Shown: in pieces, positions 22,628 to 33,353 of the stretch | How the letters are laid out: each line of letters opens with the position of its first letter | Numbering within the stretch: position 1 is the first letter of the stretch | Source of the DNA: an uncultured Alphaproteobacteria bacterium | Lineage (GTDB): Bacteria; Pseudomonadota; Alphaproteobacteria; Rs-D84 | Assembly: GCA_949082785.1 (NCBI GenBank) | Contig: CARVLU010000002.1 | Coordinates: forward strand, 4,993 to 68,992 | DNA length: 64,000 bases | Reading direction: 5' to 3' | Position numbers and translations under genes: made by a program | Notes under the pieces: model-generated | What the model was told of the DNA's origin: nothing | Database searches by the model: none | The model's input: the letters and a program-made list of their open reading frames with translations, nothing else

Positions 22628-23884
22628 TTACTTTTCAACCTTTTTCAAAATCAGGCTGGCGTTTGTGCCACCGAACCCGAACGAATTGCTGATGGCGACA
22701 TCAACCTTGCGCTTTTTCGCGACATTGGGCACCAGGTCAAAGTTGCCCACTTCGTCTTCGGGGTCATTCAAATTGATGGTAGGCGGAACAATACCGTCGC
22801 GGATGGCCAGTGTGCAGAAAATTGCTTCGACTGCGCCGGCCGCACCCAACAGGTGGCCCGTCATGGATTTTGTCGATGACATCGAAACCGGCATATCGGC
22901 AAACAAAGTTTTCACCGCCGTCAATTCGCCCATATCGCCCAGACCCGTTGATGTACCGTGCGCATTGATGTAATCCACATCGGCCGGTTGTAACCCCGCA
23001 TCGCGCAGGGCCGCCTGCATGGCGCGCATGCCGCCTTCGCCGCCGGGTGCCGGGGCCGTGATGTGATACGCGTCACCGGACATGCCGTAACCGGCAACTT
23101 CGGCATAAATTTTTGCGCCGCGCGCAACCGCGTGTTCATATTCTTCCAGAACCAGGACGCCCGCCCCTTCGGCCATGATAAAGCCGTCGCGTGTTTTATC
23201 CCACGGGCGGGACGCGGTTTCGGGTGTGTCGTTGCGTGTGGACAACGCCTTCATCGCGGAAAAGCCCGCCAATCCGGTGCGACCAATCGCGCCTTCGGAT
23301 CCGCCGCAAATCATGATGTCGGCGTCACCGTGCTGAATCAAACGCGCACCTTCGCCGATGGAATGGGCACCGGACGCACATGCGGTCACGATGGAAATGT
23401 TTGGCCCCTTGAACCCGTATTTAATCGACACGTGGCCGGCGGTCATGTTAATAATCGCCTTGGGGATAAAGAACGGGCTGATGCGGCGTGGGCCACCTTC
23501 GCGCAGTTCGATACAGTTGTCATAAATTGTGTTCAACCCACCGATACCGCCACCAATGGAAACGCCAACGCGTTCTTTGTCACCGGCATATTCTTCCAGG
23601 CCGGCATCTTTGACCGCTTCGACTGCGGCGACAACGCCGTACAAAATCGCCTTGTCCATTTTACGTTGGTCGCGGGGGTCAACCGCCACGTCCGGATTGT
23701 ACTGGCCCACGTCGGTACCGCGCACCGGCATACCGCCGATTTGCGACGCCAAATCCGATACATCGAATTCATCAATTTTACGAACACCAGACTGGCCGGC
23801 AATAATATTTTTCCAGGCATATTCCACCCCGGTCCCAACCGGCGATACAATACCCATACCTGTAATAACAACTCGTTTCATCAT
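22628..23884 (-). CDS. fabF: 3-oxoacyl-ACP synthase II
   Basis: 418 aa MKRVVITGMGIVSPVG..., KAS catalytic regions. Confidence 0.9.
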   Translation of the reverse strand: MMKRVVITGMGIVSPVGTGVEYAWKNIIAGQSGVRKIDEFDVSDLASQIGGMPVRGTDVGQYNPDVAVDPRDQRKMDKAILYGVVAAVEAVKDAGLEEYAGDKERVGVSIGGGIGGLNTIYDNCIELREGGPRRISPFFIPKAIINMTAGHVSIKYGFKGPNISIVTACASGAHSIGEGARLIQHGDADIMICGGSEGAIGRTGLAGFSAMKALSTRNDTPETASRPWDKTRDGFIMAEGAGVLVLEEYEHAVARGAKIYAEVAGYGMSGDAYHITAPAPGGEGGMRAMQAALRDAGLQPADVDYINAHGTSTGLGDMGELTAVKTLFADMPVSMSSTKSMTGHLLGAAGAVEAIFCTLAIRDGIVPPTINLNDPEDEVGNFDLVPNVAKKRKVDVAISNSFGFGGTNASLILKKVEK

Positions 23885-24026
23885 TTTTCCTTTTAAAAGG
23901 TTTACAAATAAGTTTGTATATTCACCCTATCATAAACCTTTTATACAACGAAATACAGAAAAAAATCCGCCAACAACAGTAATTGCAGCGGATTTGTGTC
24001 ATAACATAAAAAACACCAACAAAGAA

Positions 24027-24260
24027 TTATTTCTTGTGTGCTTCGATATATTTAACGGCGTCACCAACGGTCAGCAGTTTGCCCGCTTCTTCGTCCGGAA
24101 TGGTGATATCGAATTCTTTTTCAACTTCCATAACGAATTCAACAACGTCCAAAGAATCCGCGCCCAAGTCGTTCACGAAAGAAGCAGTTTCAGTCACTTT
24201 TTCGTCGGCGACACCCAACTTGTCCGCTACAATCTTTTTTACTTTTTCGAAAGTTGTCAT
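24027..24260 (-). CDS. acpP: Acyl carrier protein
   Basis: 77 aa with DLGADSLD phosphopantetheine site. Confidence 0.9.
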   Translation of the reverse strand: MTTFEKVKKIVADKLGVADEKVTETASFVNDLGADSLDVVEFVMEVEKEFDITIPDEEAGKLLTVGDAVKYIEAHKK

Positions 24261-24379
24261 TTTTTATCCTTTGTTTCAGTTAAATTTCTGGCCACCTTGG
24301 TGGCGTCATTATTTCTAAACTATCATTTTATGGGCATAGTGTCAAGAAATTATAACAAACAGTAACAAAACTTGACAAA

Positions 24380-25396
24380 TCAGATTTGCCCCTGGGGCAT
24401 TAAAACTTCGTCCAGCAATCGGTTCATGTTGTTGCGCATATCGTCTTTGTCCGATGCCCACACCACACGCCGCATCAGGAATTTATGCACATCATCCATC
24501 GTCAGATTATCAATACCGGCCGCCGCCGCAACCGCACGCCATGCGTGACGCGGGTCGGTTAAATGCCGCCCGCCCCGCCCGGGAAAAACCCAATCATCAT
24601 CCTGTTGCGGCAAATCCTGTAACAGAACCGTCGCGCGGTCCGACAACGGCATCGTGCCCCACATGTAATGATTAAAATCCAAATCGCGCCAGCGCATCGC
24701 AAAAATTTTGGATTTTGGTGCAAACCCGAATATCAGCATCATAAACGCTGCACGTAAATTTGCATCCGGTTGGGATTCGATGGCCGCAACCAATCGGTGT
24801 AATCCGGATATTGTCAGCGGACGCGTGCGACGGTTCTGTTGCACCTTGGGCACGGATGTCATGGGATTGGATTTGACATAGCCTTCTTCGATGGCGAATT
24901 TAAAAATGCTTTGCATTAATTCATGAATGCGACCGGCAATCGCAGGTCCGGAAATATTTCCCAACACAGCCGCGATATCATCCGATGTGATTTCGTTCAC
25001 ATAACGCGCAAACAACGGGGACAAATGACGGTTAATCGCACGCACCAATTTTTCGCGTGCCATATCAACACGACGAACACGGCGCACCATGTACAAATCC
25101 ACCAATTTTTTAAATTCGATTTTATTGCGTCTGATTTTTGGTTTCTGTGCCGTCGCGCGCAAGATTTCAGATGCCCGTTCGCGCGCATCTTCGATATCAA
25201 CATCGGGATAGTTTCCGATTATAATCCGTTTGTCCCGGCCGGCGACGCGTTTACGAACAAAGAACGTTTTTACACCACGGCTGGTCACATACATCCGAAG
25301 GCGCGGTTCCGACAAATCCTGGACCACATCAAAACCGGTATTCGGCGCCGGCAGATTATCCAGGATATACGGATTAAAAAAGAATTGATGCGCCAC
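24380..25396 (-). CDS. P4-type (DUF4102 arm-binding) tyrosine integrase-like protein, probably degenerate
   Basis: N-term ...RMYVTSRGVKTFFVRKRVAGRDKRIIIGNYPDVDIEDARE matches P4 integrase arm domain; AMRWRDLDF box; C-terminal catalytic Tyr region absent, box I Arg replaced. Confidence 0.5.
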   Translation of the reverse strand: MAHQFFFNPYILDNLPAPNTGFDVVQDLSEPRLRMYVTSRGVKTFFVRKRVAGRDKRIIIGNYPDVDIEDARERASEILRATAQKPKIRRNKIEFKKLVDLYMVRRVRRVDMAREKLVRAINRHLSPLFARYVNEITSDDIAAVLGNISGPAIAGRIHELMQSIFKFAIEEGYVKSNPMTSVPKVQQNRRTRPLTISGLHRLVAAIESQPDANLRAAFMMLIFGFAPKSKIFAMRWRDLDFNHYMWGTMPLSDRATVLLQDLPQQDDDWVFPGRGGRHLTDPRHAWRAVAAAAGIDNLTMDDVHKFLMRRVVWASDKDDMRNNMNRLLDEVLMPQGQI

Positions 25397-25414
25397 GGAT
25401 TCCCCCTGTGGTTT

Positions 25415-25846
25415 TTATTTGGTTTGTGTTTTCGCCCTCAACCAGAACGCACGGCGCGCCTGGCGCGCGGCCGCATAGTTTTGCCACGCCCGAACGTATT
25501 GCTGATTTTGGGCATGGCACGGACAATTTGTCTGGTCGCAGACCAAGACGTTGTTATCCATGTCACCGCAATGGCGGCACACCGACACGATATAAAACGG
25601 TTCTGTTTTACTTAAATCATCCAGGTTACGAACAAATGTGTACCCGGTGCGGATGCACGCCGGCGTATTATCCAACGCGACGCCGTCAACCATCATGTTG
25701 CCACAGTGACGGGTGACGTCCTGTTTTTTCTGTAAATAAACGTCGCGCAGATTTTGACACTGGCGACGCAGTTTTTTATATTCGCGAACACGGTCGCCCA
25801 AATCATAAAATTTTTGTTTCAGATTTTGCAATACGGTAATTTTCAT
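25415..25846 (-). CDS. Hypothetical Cys-cluster (zinc-ribbon-like) protein
   Basis: 143 aa, CRHCGDMDNNVLVCDQTNCPCH. Confidence 0.35.
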   Translation of the reverse strand: MKITVLQNLKQKFYDLGDRVREYKKLRRQCQNLRDVYLQKKQDVTRHCGNMMVDGVALDNTPACIRTGYTFVRNLDDLSKTEPFYIVSVCRHCGDMDNNVLVCDQTNCPCHAQNQQYVRAWQNYAAARQARRAFWLRAKTQTK

Positions 25847-25858
25847 AATTCAGTATCC

Positions 25859-27649
25859 TTATACCTTCAAAGCGTTGATAAATGCCGATTGCGGAATTTC
25901 GACGTTGCCGAACGACCGCAGGCGCTTTTTCCCTTCCTTTTGCTTTTCCAATAACTTTCTTTTACGTGTGATGTCACCGCCGTAACATTTCGCGGTTACG
26001 TCCTTGCGGAAAGCGGCGATGGTTTCACGCGCAATAATCTTGCCGCCGATGGCCGCTTGCAGGGGAATCTTGAACTGATGGCGGGGGATTAAATCCTTTA
26101 ACTTTTCCACGATTTGGCGACCGCGTTTTTCTGCGCCGCTGCGGTGGCACATAAACGACAGCGGTTCCACATTTTCTTCGTTGACCAGAATAGACACCTT
26201 GACCAAATCGGACGCTTCGTATCCCTGTAATACATAATCGAATGACGCATAACCCGATGAAATAGATTTCACCCGGTCATAGAAATCAAACACGATTTCC
26301 GCCAACGGCAACCGGTACACCAACACCGCGCGATTACCGACATAGGAAATGTTTTCCTGGACCCCGCGGCGTTCCGCGCACAGTCCCATAATCCCGCCCA
26401 TGTATTTGTCCGGCATCATGATGGTGGCGCGCACCCACGGTTCTTCTATCATGGCAATTTTTGTGGGGTCGGGCATGTCGGCGGGATTTTCCAAATCGAC
26501 AATTTCCCCATCGCGCAAATGCAACCGGTACAGCACGCTGGGCACCGTGTTAATCAGGTTCAGGTTGAATTCGCGTGTTAACCGTTCACTGATGATTTCC
26601 ATATGCAACAGCCCCAGAAATCCACACCGCAACCCAAATCCCAGCGCACTGGATTTTTCGGTTGTGAACATAAATGACGCATCATTCAGGGCCAATTTTT
26701 CCGCACCTTCGCGGAATGCGGGGTAATCATCGGCTTCGACCGGAAAGAATGATGAAAACACCACCGGCACCGACGGTTTAAATCCCGGCAATGGGGCCGC
26801 GCCCGCGGCGCGTGCATCGGTGATGGTGTCGCCAACCTTGCAATCATGGATTGTTTTCATCCCCGTGATGATAAATCCGATTTCCCCGGTTTCCAGTCCG
26901 TCTGTATTGACCATTTTGGGTGTAAAGTATCCGATTTTATCGACAACGTATTCGGCGCCCGTTGCCATAAACTTGATTTTTTGCCCCCGCGTCAGCTTGC
27001 CATCAACAACGCGCACCAGCACAACCACGCCCAAATACGAATCGTACCACGAATCGACCAGCAACGCGCGTGTCGGTGCATTTTCATCGCCGTGCGGCGC
27101 GGGCAGTTTTTCCACAATTTCTTCCAGCAATTCGGGAACGCCCGCCCCTGTTTTCCCGGATACCGCCAATGCGTTGTTCGCATCCAGCCCGATAACATCC
27201 GCGATTTGTTCACGCGTTGCGGCAACATCGCTGGACGGTAAATCAATCTTGTTCAAAACGGGCAACATTTCCAAGTCGTTGTCCAACGCCAAATACGCAT
27301 TCGCCAGCGTCTGCGCCTGGACCCCCTGGGTCGCGTCAACCAAAACCAGCGCGCCTTCGCAGGCGGCCAGGGAACGTGACACTTCGTACGAAAAATCGAC
27401 GTGTCCCGGTGTATCCATCAAATTCAGCTGATACGTTTCGCCGTTTTTGGCCGTGTAATTCAGACGCACCGTCTGGGCCTTAATCGTAATACCGCGTTCG
27501 CGTTCGATATCCATGGAATCCAGGACCTGGGCCTTCATCTCGCGCGATTGCAAACCGCCGGTAAATTCAATCAACCGGTCCGACAGTGTCGATTTACCAT
27601 GATCGATATGCGCAACAATAGAGAAATTTCGAATATGCTTTTGACTCAT
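25859..27649 (-). CDS. lepA: Elongation factor 4 (LepA)
   Basis: [22 protein letters not shown]..., start at complement 27647-27649. Confidence 0.9.
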   Translation of the reverse strand: MSQKHIRNFSIVAHIDHGKSTLSDRLIEFTGGLQSREMKAQVLDSMDIERERGITIKAQTVRLNYTAKNGETYQLNLMDTPGHVDFSYEVSRSLAACEGALVLVDATQGVQAQTLANAYLALDNDLEMLPVLNKIDLPSSDVAATREQIADVIGLDANNALAVSGKTGAGVPELLEEIVEKLPAPHGDENAPTRALLVDSWYDSYLGVVVLVRVVDGKLTRGQKIKFMATGAEYVVDKIGYFTPKMVNTDGLETGEIGFIITGMKTIHDCKVGDTITDARAAGAAPLPGFKPSVPVVFSSFFPVEADDYPAFREGAEKLALNDASFMFTTEKSSALGFGLRCGFLGLLHMEIISERLTREFNLNLINTVPSVLYRLHLRDGEIVDLENPADMPDPTKIAMIEEPWVRATIMMPDKYMGGIMGLCAERRGVQENISYVGNRAVLVYRLPLAEIVFDFYDRVKSISSGYASFDYVLQGYEASDLVKVSILVNEENVEPLSFMCHRSGAEKRGRQIVEKLKDLIPRHQFKIPLQAAIGGKIIARETIAAFRKDVTAKCYGGDITRKRKLLEKQKEGKKRLRSFGNVEIPQSAFINALKV

Positions 27650-27707
27650 GCGGCAATGATACACCAGTATTTATGCCGTCGCAAGGTGATTTTTTAGCCA
27701 AACGCGC

Positions 27708-28151
27708 TTATAAAGACTTTTGCATATGGCCAACCCGATTCGCATTAATCAGTTCAAAGCCATGCTTTTGATAAAAATTTTTCGCCTGGGGCGTCATCCG
27801 CGTTTGTAATGTAATTTGATTCGCCCCATTGCGCCGTGCATAATCGGTATAGGTATCCAACAACCGCGACCCCACCCCCATATGCTGATAACGTCGAGAG
27901 ATATACAAATGGTCCACGCGCGCCATTTTATCGTCAGCCACGCCCCCCATAAACATCAACCGACCCTTGACAAAGCCCAAAACATTCGCACCGGACGTGC
28001 ACACAAACATCGGATGTTTTGAATTGTTCACTTCGTGTTGGACGGAATAATAGAAATTTTCCGCATCGCCCATAAATTCACTGACGATATAAAAACAATC
28101 CAGCAACAGCGAATCGTTTATGTTAAAAACCTGTTCGATGTGAATTTCCAT
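27708..28151 (-). CDS. GNAT family N-acetyltransferase
   Basis: 147 aa with ..RRYQHMGVGSRLL.. acetyl-CoA-binding motif. Confidence 0.7.
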   Translation of the reverse strand: MEIHIEQVFNINDSLLLDCFYIVSEFMGDAENFYYSVQHEVNNSKHPMFVCTSGANVLGFVKGRLMFMGGVADDKMARVDHLYISRRYQHMGVGSRLLDTYTDYARRNGANQITLQTRMTPQAKNFYQKHGFELINANRVGHMQKSL

Positions 28152-28157
28152 GTAACC

Positions 28158-28508
28158 TTAATCCTTGATCTGGTTCAGCAACTGGTCAATGCGCGCGGCG
28201 CGTTCCAACGTGTCGTCGTATGCAAAGCGGATATCGGGAACATATTTCTGGTCAATGCGCTGGGCCAATTCAAATCGCACCGGGCGCGTCACTTCGTCCA
28301 GTCGCCGCTGAACCGCGTTCAAATCTTCGTTGCGTGAATAATAAAATAATTTTACAAACTGCAACCCGCCGTGGGCATCGGCCCCGACCAAAGACACCCC
28401 GGAAATCAAATCATCATCCCCGTAATTATCGCGCAAAATTTCAGCGACCAACGTTTGAACCTTGCTGGCGATGCGTTCCCCACGATTTGAATTTATCTGT
28501 TTTTTCAT
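28158..28508 (-). CDS. rbfA: Ribosome-binding factor A
   Basis: 116 aa from MKKQINSNRGERIASKVQTLVAEIL...; size and KH-like pattern fit RbfA. Confidence 0.6.
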   Translation of the reverse strand: MKKQINSNRGERIASKVQTLVAEILRDNYGDDDLISGVSLVGADAHGGLQFVKLFYYSRNEDLNAVQRRLDEVTRPVRFELAQRIDQKYVPDIRFAYDDTLERAARIDQLLNQIKD

Positions 28509-28604
28509 ATAAAATGCCTGTTGTTGCGAATATTTATGATTGTAAATTACCAGACATTTCAGTACAATCAAGTAAATTTCGATGCCATTGGGGACCATAT
28601 ATCA

Positions 28605-29177
28605 ATGAAGCTTGTTGACGCCATATTAAAGAAATCGGGACATCCGGCATTTTCCTGGGTGGTTTTTTTTCTGACATTTTGTGAATCTATATTCCTGTTC
28701 ATTCCACCCGAAGTTTTTATGACACCGCCCATCATTGCGGACAAAAAACGCGCATTGCCGATTACCATTGCGGCGGCACTGGGGTCACTGGTGGGGGGCG
28801 CGGCGGCGTACATGATCGGATTGTGGCTGTTCGATTCGGTTGGAATTTGGCTGATTCAGAATTTTGCCAGCATGGAAAAATTCGCCCTGGCCCAGGATTT
28901 GTTTATCCGTCACGGCATCTTTATCATCTTTTTGACGGCGGTGACACCCATCCCGTATAAATTAATGGCCATCTGCGCCGGGTTTATGGGATTTCCGGCC
29001 CTGGTCTTTTTGGGAATATCGGCGATATTCCGCACGGCACGTTTCGCATTGGTTGGATTTTTGCTGTGGCGTTTCCAGGAACAGGCAAACGCATTGGTGA
29101 AAAAATATTTCTGGCCGTTGACGGTTGTCGCAATCACGGTCACCGCCATCGGATTATGTATTATTTTATTGTTGTAA
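28605..29177 (+). CDS. YqaA/DedA-like (SNARE-associated) inner-membrane protein
   Basis: ATG at 28605; ...HPAFSWVVFFLTFCESIFLFIPPEV... multi-TM. Confidence 0.6.
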   Translation: MKLVDAILKKSGHPAFSWVVFFLTFCESIFLFIPPEVFMTPPIIADKKRALPITIAAALGSLVGGAAAYMIGLWLFDSVGIWLIQNFASMEKFALAQDLFIRHGIFIIFLTAVTPIPYKLMAICAGFMGFPALVFLGISAIFRTARFALVGFLLWRFQEQANALVKKYFWPLTVVAITVTAIGLCIILLL

Positions 29178-30267
29178 TCAGCCGGTTATACAGGCGCAGC
29201 GTATCGCGCGCCATTTTTTTTACGGTGTACCGTTCCAGATACCGCCCATACCCCAACACCGCACAACGTGTGCGCAGACGCCCATCGGTAATCATGCGGC
29301 GCATTTGCGTGGCGTACGCATCGGCGTTCACCTGGCGTTGTTCATTCAATGGGACCCAGACCGCCGCACGCCCAAACATTTCGGTCAAACCGGGGGCGTC
29401 GGTACTGATGATGGGCAACTGGTTCGCCATGGCTTCGATTCCGGCGAACGGACATGCTTCGGACGGGGATGCGAACAATGCACAATCGGCCATCTGATAA
29501 TATTTGTTCAATTCCGCCGGGTCGGTCACCAGCCCAATTTGGCGAATGGGCAAATCTGCAATTTGGGCCCGGATTTTATCATCGGGCGCCCCGCCCCCCA
29601 ACACCAGAACTTCGATTTTATGCTGGGATGCGATTTGGGCAATGGCGGGAATAATTTGGACCAACCCCTTGTGCGGGGCCCATCCATGCACCCAGACAAA
29701 GCGAAACACGTCGTCTGTTTTTTTATTCGGCGCCCCGGTCGGCCGTTCAATCCCGTTGTAAATCACGGTCACGGGCCGCGTGTTTTGCACGGCGTCCAAA
29801 AACGATTGCGCGCACCCGCACACGGAAATAATCCAATCCATGTTAAAATACGGATTATACGGTTTCGCACCATTTGGAACATTTGGCGCCGGCGGCACGC
29901 AATGCAACACGCCCACAACACGGCAATGCACGCGGCTGCGAATAAGATAAGCCAAATTTTCCGCCCCCAAACAATTGCATTTGACAATCAAATTGGGCAA
30001 CGCCGACAACCGCGCGCCCCACATGGCCATTACCGCTTCGTACAATGTTTGTGACGCAAATCCGGCCGGATGCCACACATGCAATTCATTTTGACTGGGA
30101 ATAATGCGCACATCGGTCACGTCCGGCGCATAGTGGAATAAAATCCGTAACACACGAACATTTGGGGGCATATGCGCCCCCAAAACATCCAGATATCGCG
30201 CAACCCCGCTTTGGAATCTGCTGTCCCAGCTGTCTATTTCCAAAATATTAATTTCAGTCTGCGCCAT
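29161..30267 (-). CDS. Glycosyltransferase family 1 (GT4-like)
   Basis: 368 aa, C-terminal ...FASPSEACPFAGIEAMANQLPIISTDAPGLTE... E-x7-E motif. Confidence 0.8.
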   Translation of the reverse strand: MAQTEINILEIDSWDSRFQSGVARYLDVLGAHMPPNVRVLRILFHYAPDVTDVRIIPSQNELHVWHPAGFASQTLYEAVMAMWGARLSALPNLIVKCNCLGAENLAYLIRSRVHCRVVGVLHCVPPAPNVPNGAKPYNPYFNMDWIISVCGCAQSFLDAVQNTRPVTVIYNGIERPTGAPNKKTDDVFRFVWVHGWAPHKGLVQIIPAIAQIASQHKIEVLVLGGGAPDDKIRAQIADLPIRQIGLVTDPAELNKYYQMADCALFASPSEACPFAGIEAMANQLPIISTDAPGLTEMFGRAAVWVPLNEQRQVNADAYATQMRRMITDGRLRTRCAVLGYGRYLERYTVKKMARDTLRLYNRLITTIK

Positions 30268-30281
30268 TTAATATCATTTTT

Positions 30282-31082
30282 TTAATTTACACCCGCCTTG
30301 TACTGGCATTGGGTGGTACCGGAAAATGCAACCTCGAACGTACCAGTGTTATCCCTTTGTACGATGGGCGAAGGAATTTCCGCCTTGCACGCCGTGGGGC
30401 CGGTGTTGGTGGACGACCCAACAATTAACACACCCGATGACGTCTGCCCCAGGGGGCCGGTGTTAAAACTGCTTCCCGACACAACCAGGCCGGAACACGC
30501 GGTACAACACCCCACGATTTCACTGGGGTTGCTGCCATAACCACTGCATCCAGTTATATTCGAATACAAACCGGATGTCAAATAATATCCACTGGCGCAT
30601 TCATGGGCCACGTATTCATTTATAGACCCAGATGCATAAGAAATTCTTTTGACCTGGCACTTACGTCCCATATCTGTATAATTTGCACAATCATGCCCCA
30701 GCCCAACCAGCGCCCCGGATATGATACAACAATCCTGGGCCAGAAAAGGCGCATAATCATTATAACACACAATACCCGTTTTATTACAATACCCATTACC
30801 ACTGGCACAGCCCGTATATCCAACATCTTGGGTTGAATTTAAACAAGTATTGGCATATGGGAATTTTTGAATATCGGCACCAGACATTGCTTGAAAATCA
30901 ATACTGAATTCTTCATATGCCGGTATCGTACATGAACGTTCCCGGTACTTAACACCACCGGTCTGTTTCAGTGTGGTGCTGTAATTCCCACAAGATGAAA
31001 TCAGCACCGCGTGGCCATAGTTCACAACAACCGTCAGCGCCGCGACAAAGCCGCCCGCAATTCGTATCAGGACATGTTTCAT
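30282..31082 (-). CDS. Secreted cysteine-rich (possibly lipo)protein, divergent member (C2)
   Basis: 266 aa, signal peptide then ~24 Cys with CCTACSG and GYY motifs. Confidence 0.5.
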   Translation of the reverse strand: MKHVLIRIAGGFVAALTVVVNYGHAVLISSCGNYSTTLKQTGGVKYRERSCTIPAYEEFSIDFQAMSGADIQKFPYANTCLNSTQDVGYTGCASGNGYCNKTGIVCYNDYAPFLAQDCCIISGALVGLGHDCANYTDMGRKCQVKRISYASGSINEYVAHECASGYYLTSGLYSNITGCSGYGSNPSEIVGCCTACSGLVVSGSSFNTGPLGQTSSGVLIVGSSTNTGPTACKAEIPSPIVQRDNTGTFEVAFSGTTQCQYKAGVN

Positions 31083-31373
31083 AATTTCCCCCGTTTTGGT
31101 TGCCGCATCTTAATGGTCGTTTATTTTCAGCAAGCAAAATGGGAATAAAGCCCCAGGAATTTGGGCATTTATAAAATGAAAAAAAGCCGTTTTTTAAACG
31201 ACCCTTTGGATTAGGCATCTGCCTGTGTATCCTTTATATTGGTATTCTGCCATTTAGCGGCCTTTTATTCAAGCAGAAAATTTCACCCAATCCCCGAAAA
31301 CATTTCCAATTGAAACGCGTCTGTATTTTTCCTATTATTTAAATCACAAAGTTCAGAAAAAGGAAGCATTATC

Positions 31374-32948
31374 ATGTCTGTGGCCCGCCCGCTGTCGCGT
31401 ACGTATATTATCAACAAACTGATTGCGGAAAACCATTTACGCCGCTATTTGGAAATTGGGGTTTCGAACCCATGGACGAATTTTCTGGAAATTAAATGCC
31501 CGTCGAAAACATCGGTTGACCCGTGTATTCAGTGCGAATTCTTTGACGCGGCCACAATCGACATGTTCCGCCCACACATCACACACCAGATGACGTCGGA
31601 TGAATTCTTTGCCCAAAATCATGATACGTTTGATATTGTCTTTATCGATGGTGACCATTCGTATGAACAATCTTTGCGGGATTTGAACAATGCCCTGCGC
31701 GTTATTCCGGTTGGCGGATTTGTCGTTCTGCACGACGCAATGCCGATAGATTATGACGCAACACAAATCACCAATTTTGAAAAACATTTGCCGTATAATG
31801 GCGAAGTTTGGAAAACGGTCCTGTCGGCGCTGGATGCGGGCGACGGCGCGTTGCAAATCGGAACGTTCCCGTATGATTTTGGCGTTACCGTGATTAAAAA
31901 ATTATCGGACAATGTTCCCGAAATCCCCATGATGACGCTGGATTATTATACCGATTACAATATCCCGGCGATGCGCCCCGTGTTTGACACGGCCGATTTC
32001 CATCGGCCACGGGTGTCTTATTTCACGCCGCTGTATAACACGCCCCAAAAATCCATCGAACGCACGGCGCGCACGGTATTGAACCAAACAAATCCGAATT
32101 GGGAATGGGTCTTGGTCGATGATTCCAGCAATGCAGCCGACGCCGCGCGGTTGGAAAAATATTTTGCATCCATCGGCGATGACCGTATCAAGTATTATCG
32201 CAGCAACCGTCAATCAAACGGGTTTATCGGCTGGGTGAAAAAGCGTGCGGCCAATTTATGCACGGGCGATTTCCTGGCGGAACTGGACCATGACGATTTG
32301 TTAATGCCCGAATTAACCGACCAAATTTTGCGCCATGGGGGGGGATACGATTTTATTTATTCCAACAACGCGTCGATTGTTATTCGCGATGACGATTCGT
32401 TTGAAACCGGCGAAACATGGGGCCCCGGATTTGCCATGGGATACGGCACATACCGAACAACAATGGCCGTCAACCCGCTGACGGGGTATGCCCACCAATA
32501 TGCCGAATGCGTTGCGTGTCCGATTAATCCCAAAACAATTCGCCACATCGTGGGTGTGCCCAATCATGTCCGCATTTGGCGGCGCGAATTTTACGACGCC
32601 ATCGGCGGCCACAACGAAAATTTGTGGGTTGTGGATGATTATGAATTGGTCGTGCGCAGCTTTGTTGCCGGGGGGCGTTTCCTGCATCTGGACATGCTGG
32701 GGTATTTGCAAATCTTTACCGGCGATAACACGACCGACAAACGCCGCGGCGAAATTCAAATTCTGGTCAAATCCATTTTGTATAAATATGACGAAGAAAT
32801 TCGGGCCGAATTCGAACGCCGGCAAATGGATGACTGGGCATATCGGATACATCACACAAATTTCGGATGCCACAACGATTATCATTACTGGGACGTCGAA
32901 ACCCAGCCGGATGCCCCCGCGGCAAATGACCGGACCGTGCGCGAATAA
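31374..32948 (+). CDS. Fusion of a class I SAM-dependent methyltransferase (TylF/MycF-like) and a family 2 glycosyltransferase
   Basis: N-term ..VFIDGDHSYEQSLRDLNNALRVIPVGGFVVLHDA..; C-term ..VLVDDSSNAADAARL.. and DHDD (DxD). Confidence 0.7.
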   Translation: MSVARPLSRTYIINKLIAENHLRRYLEIGVSNPWTNFLEIKCPSKTSVDPCIQCEFFDAATIDMFRPHITHQMTSDEFFAQNHDTFDIVFIDGDHSYEQSLRDLNNALRVIPVGGFVVLHDAMPIDYDATQITNFEKHLPYNGEVWKTVLSALDAGDGALQIGTFPYDFGVTVIKKLSDNVPEIPMMTLDYYTDYNIPAMRPVFDTADFHRPRVSYFTPLYNTPQKSIERTARTVLNQTNPNWEWVLVDDSSNAADAARLEKYFASIGDDRIKYYRSNRQSNGFIGWVKKRAANLCTGDFLAELDHDDLLMPELTDQILRHGGGYDFIYSNNASIVIRDDDSFETGETWGPGFAMGYGTYRTTMAVNPLTGYAHQYAECVACPINPKTIRHIVGVPNHVRIWRREFYDAIGGHNENLWVVDDYELVVRSFVAGGRFLHLDMLGYLQIFTGDNTTDKRRGEIQILVKSILYKYDEEIRAEFERRQMDDWAYRIHHTNFGCHNDYHYWDVETQPDAPAANDRTVRE

Positions 32949-33022
32949 AAATTCCCGCCCCACCCTGCGATAAATCACCCATACACCAATAAATTGGTTT
33001 ATTGGCGGGATTCGCCACATGC

Positions 33023-33295
33023 TATAATTCCCCCTTGCACTGGGGCGATGTGTTAATTATACTGTGCAATGAATTTGCAGGGATGCAGGTTCGGGACATA
33101 GAAAATCCCATAACAAAGTGATGCCGCGCGCATCAAATCCACCGAGCATGGATGTTCGGTCACCCGACACCAGCCACATTGGTCGGGAGGCTGACGGTAA
33201 TACCACAGGGTACCCCCGTACTTGAAAACCGTCAGGGTCATTCTTTGTTATGATTTTTCTAACTTCCCGACCACCAATCCATTGGTGGTTTTTAT
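33023..33295 (+). ncRNA. Candidate small RNA: promoter (..TATAAT 33023-33028) to intrinsic terminator (ccaccaatccattggtgg + T-run)
   Basis: No credible ORF; upstream box catacaccaataaatt is shared with the promoter of element A at 45188; could instead be a long 3' UTR. Confidence 0.3.
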
Positions 33296-33353
33296 TTAGA
33301 TAATGCAAATCACAGTTAAATAAAAACGCCGTCATTCGACAGCGTTTTTAATT

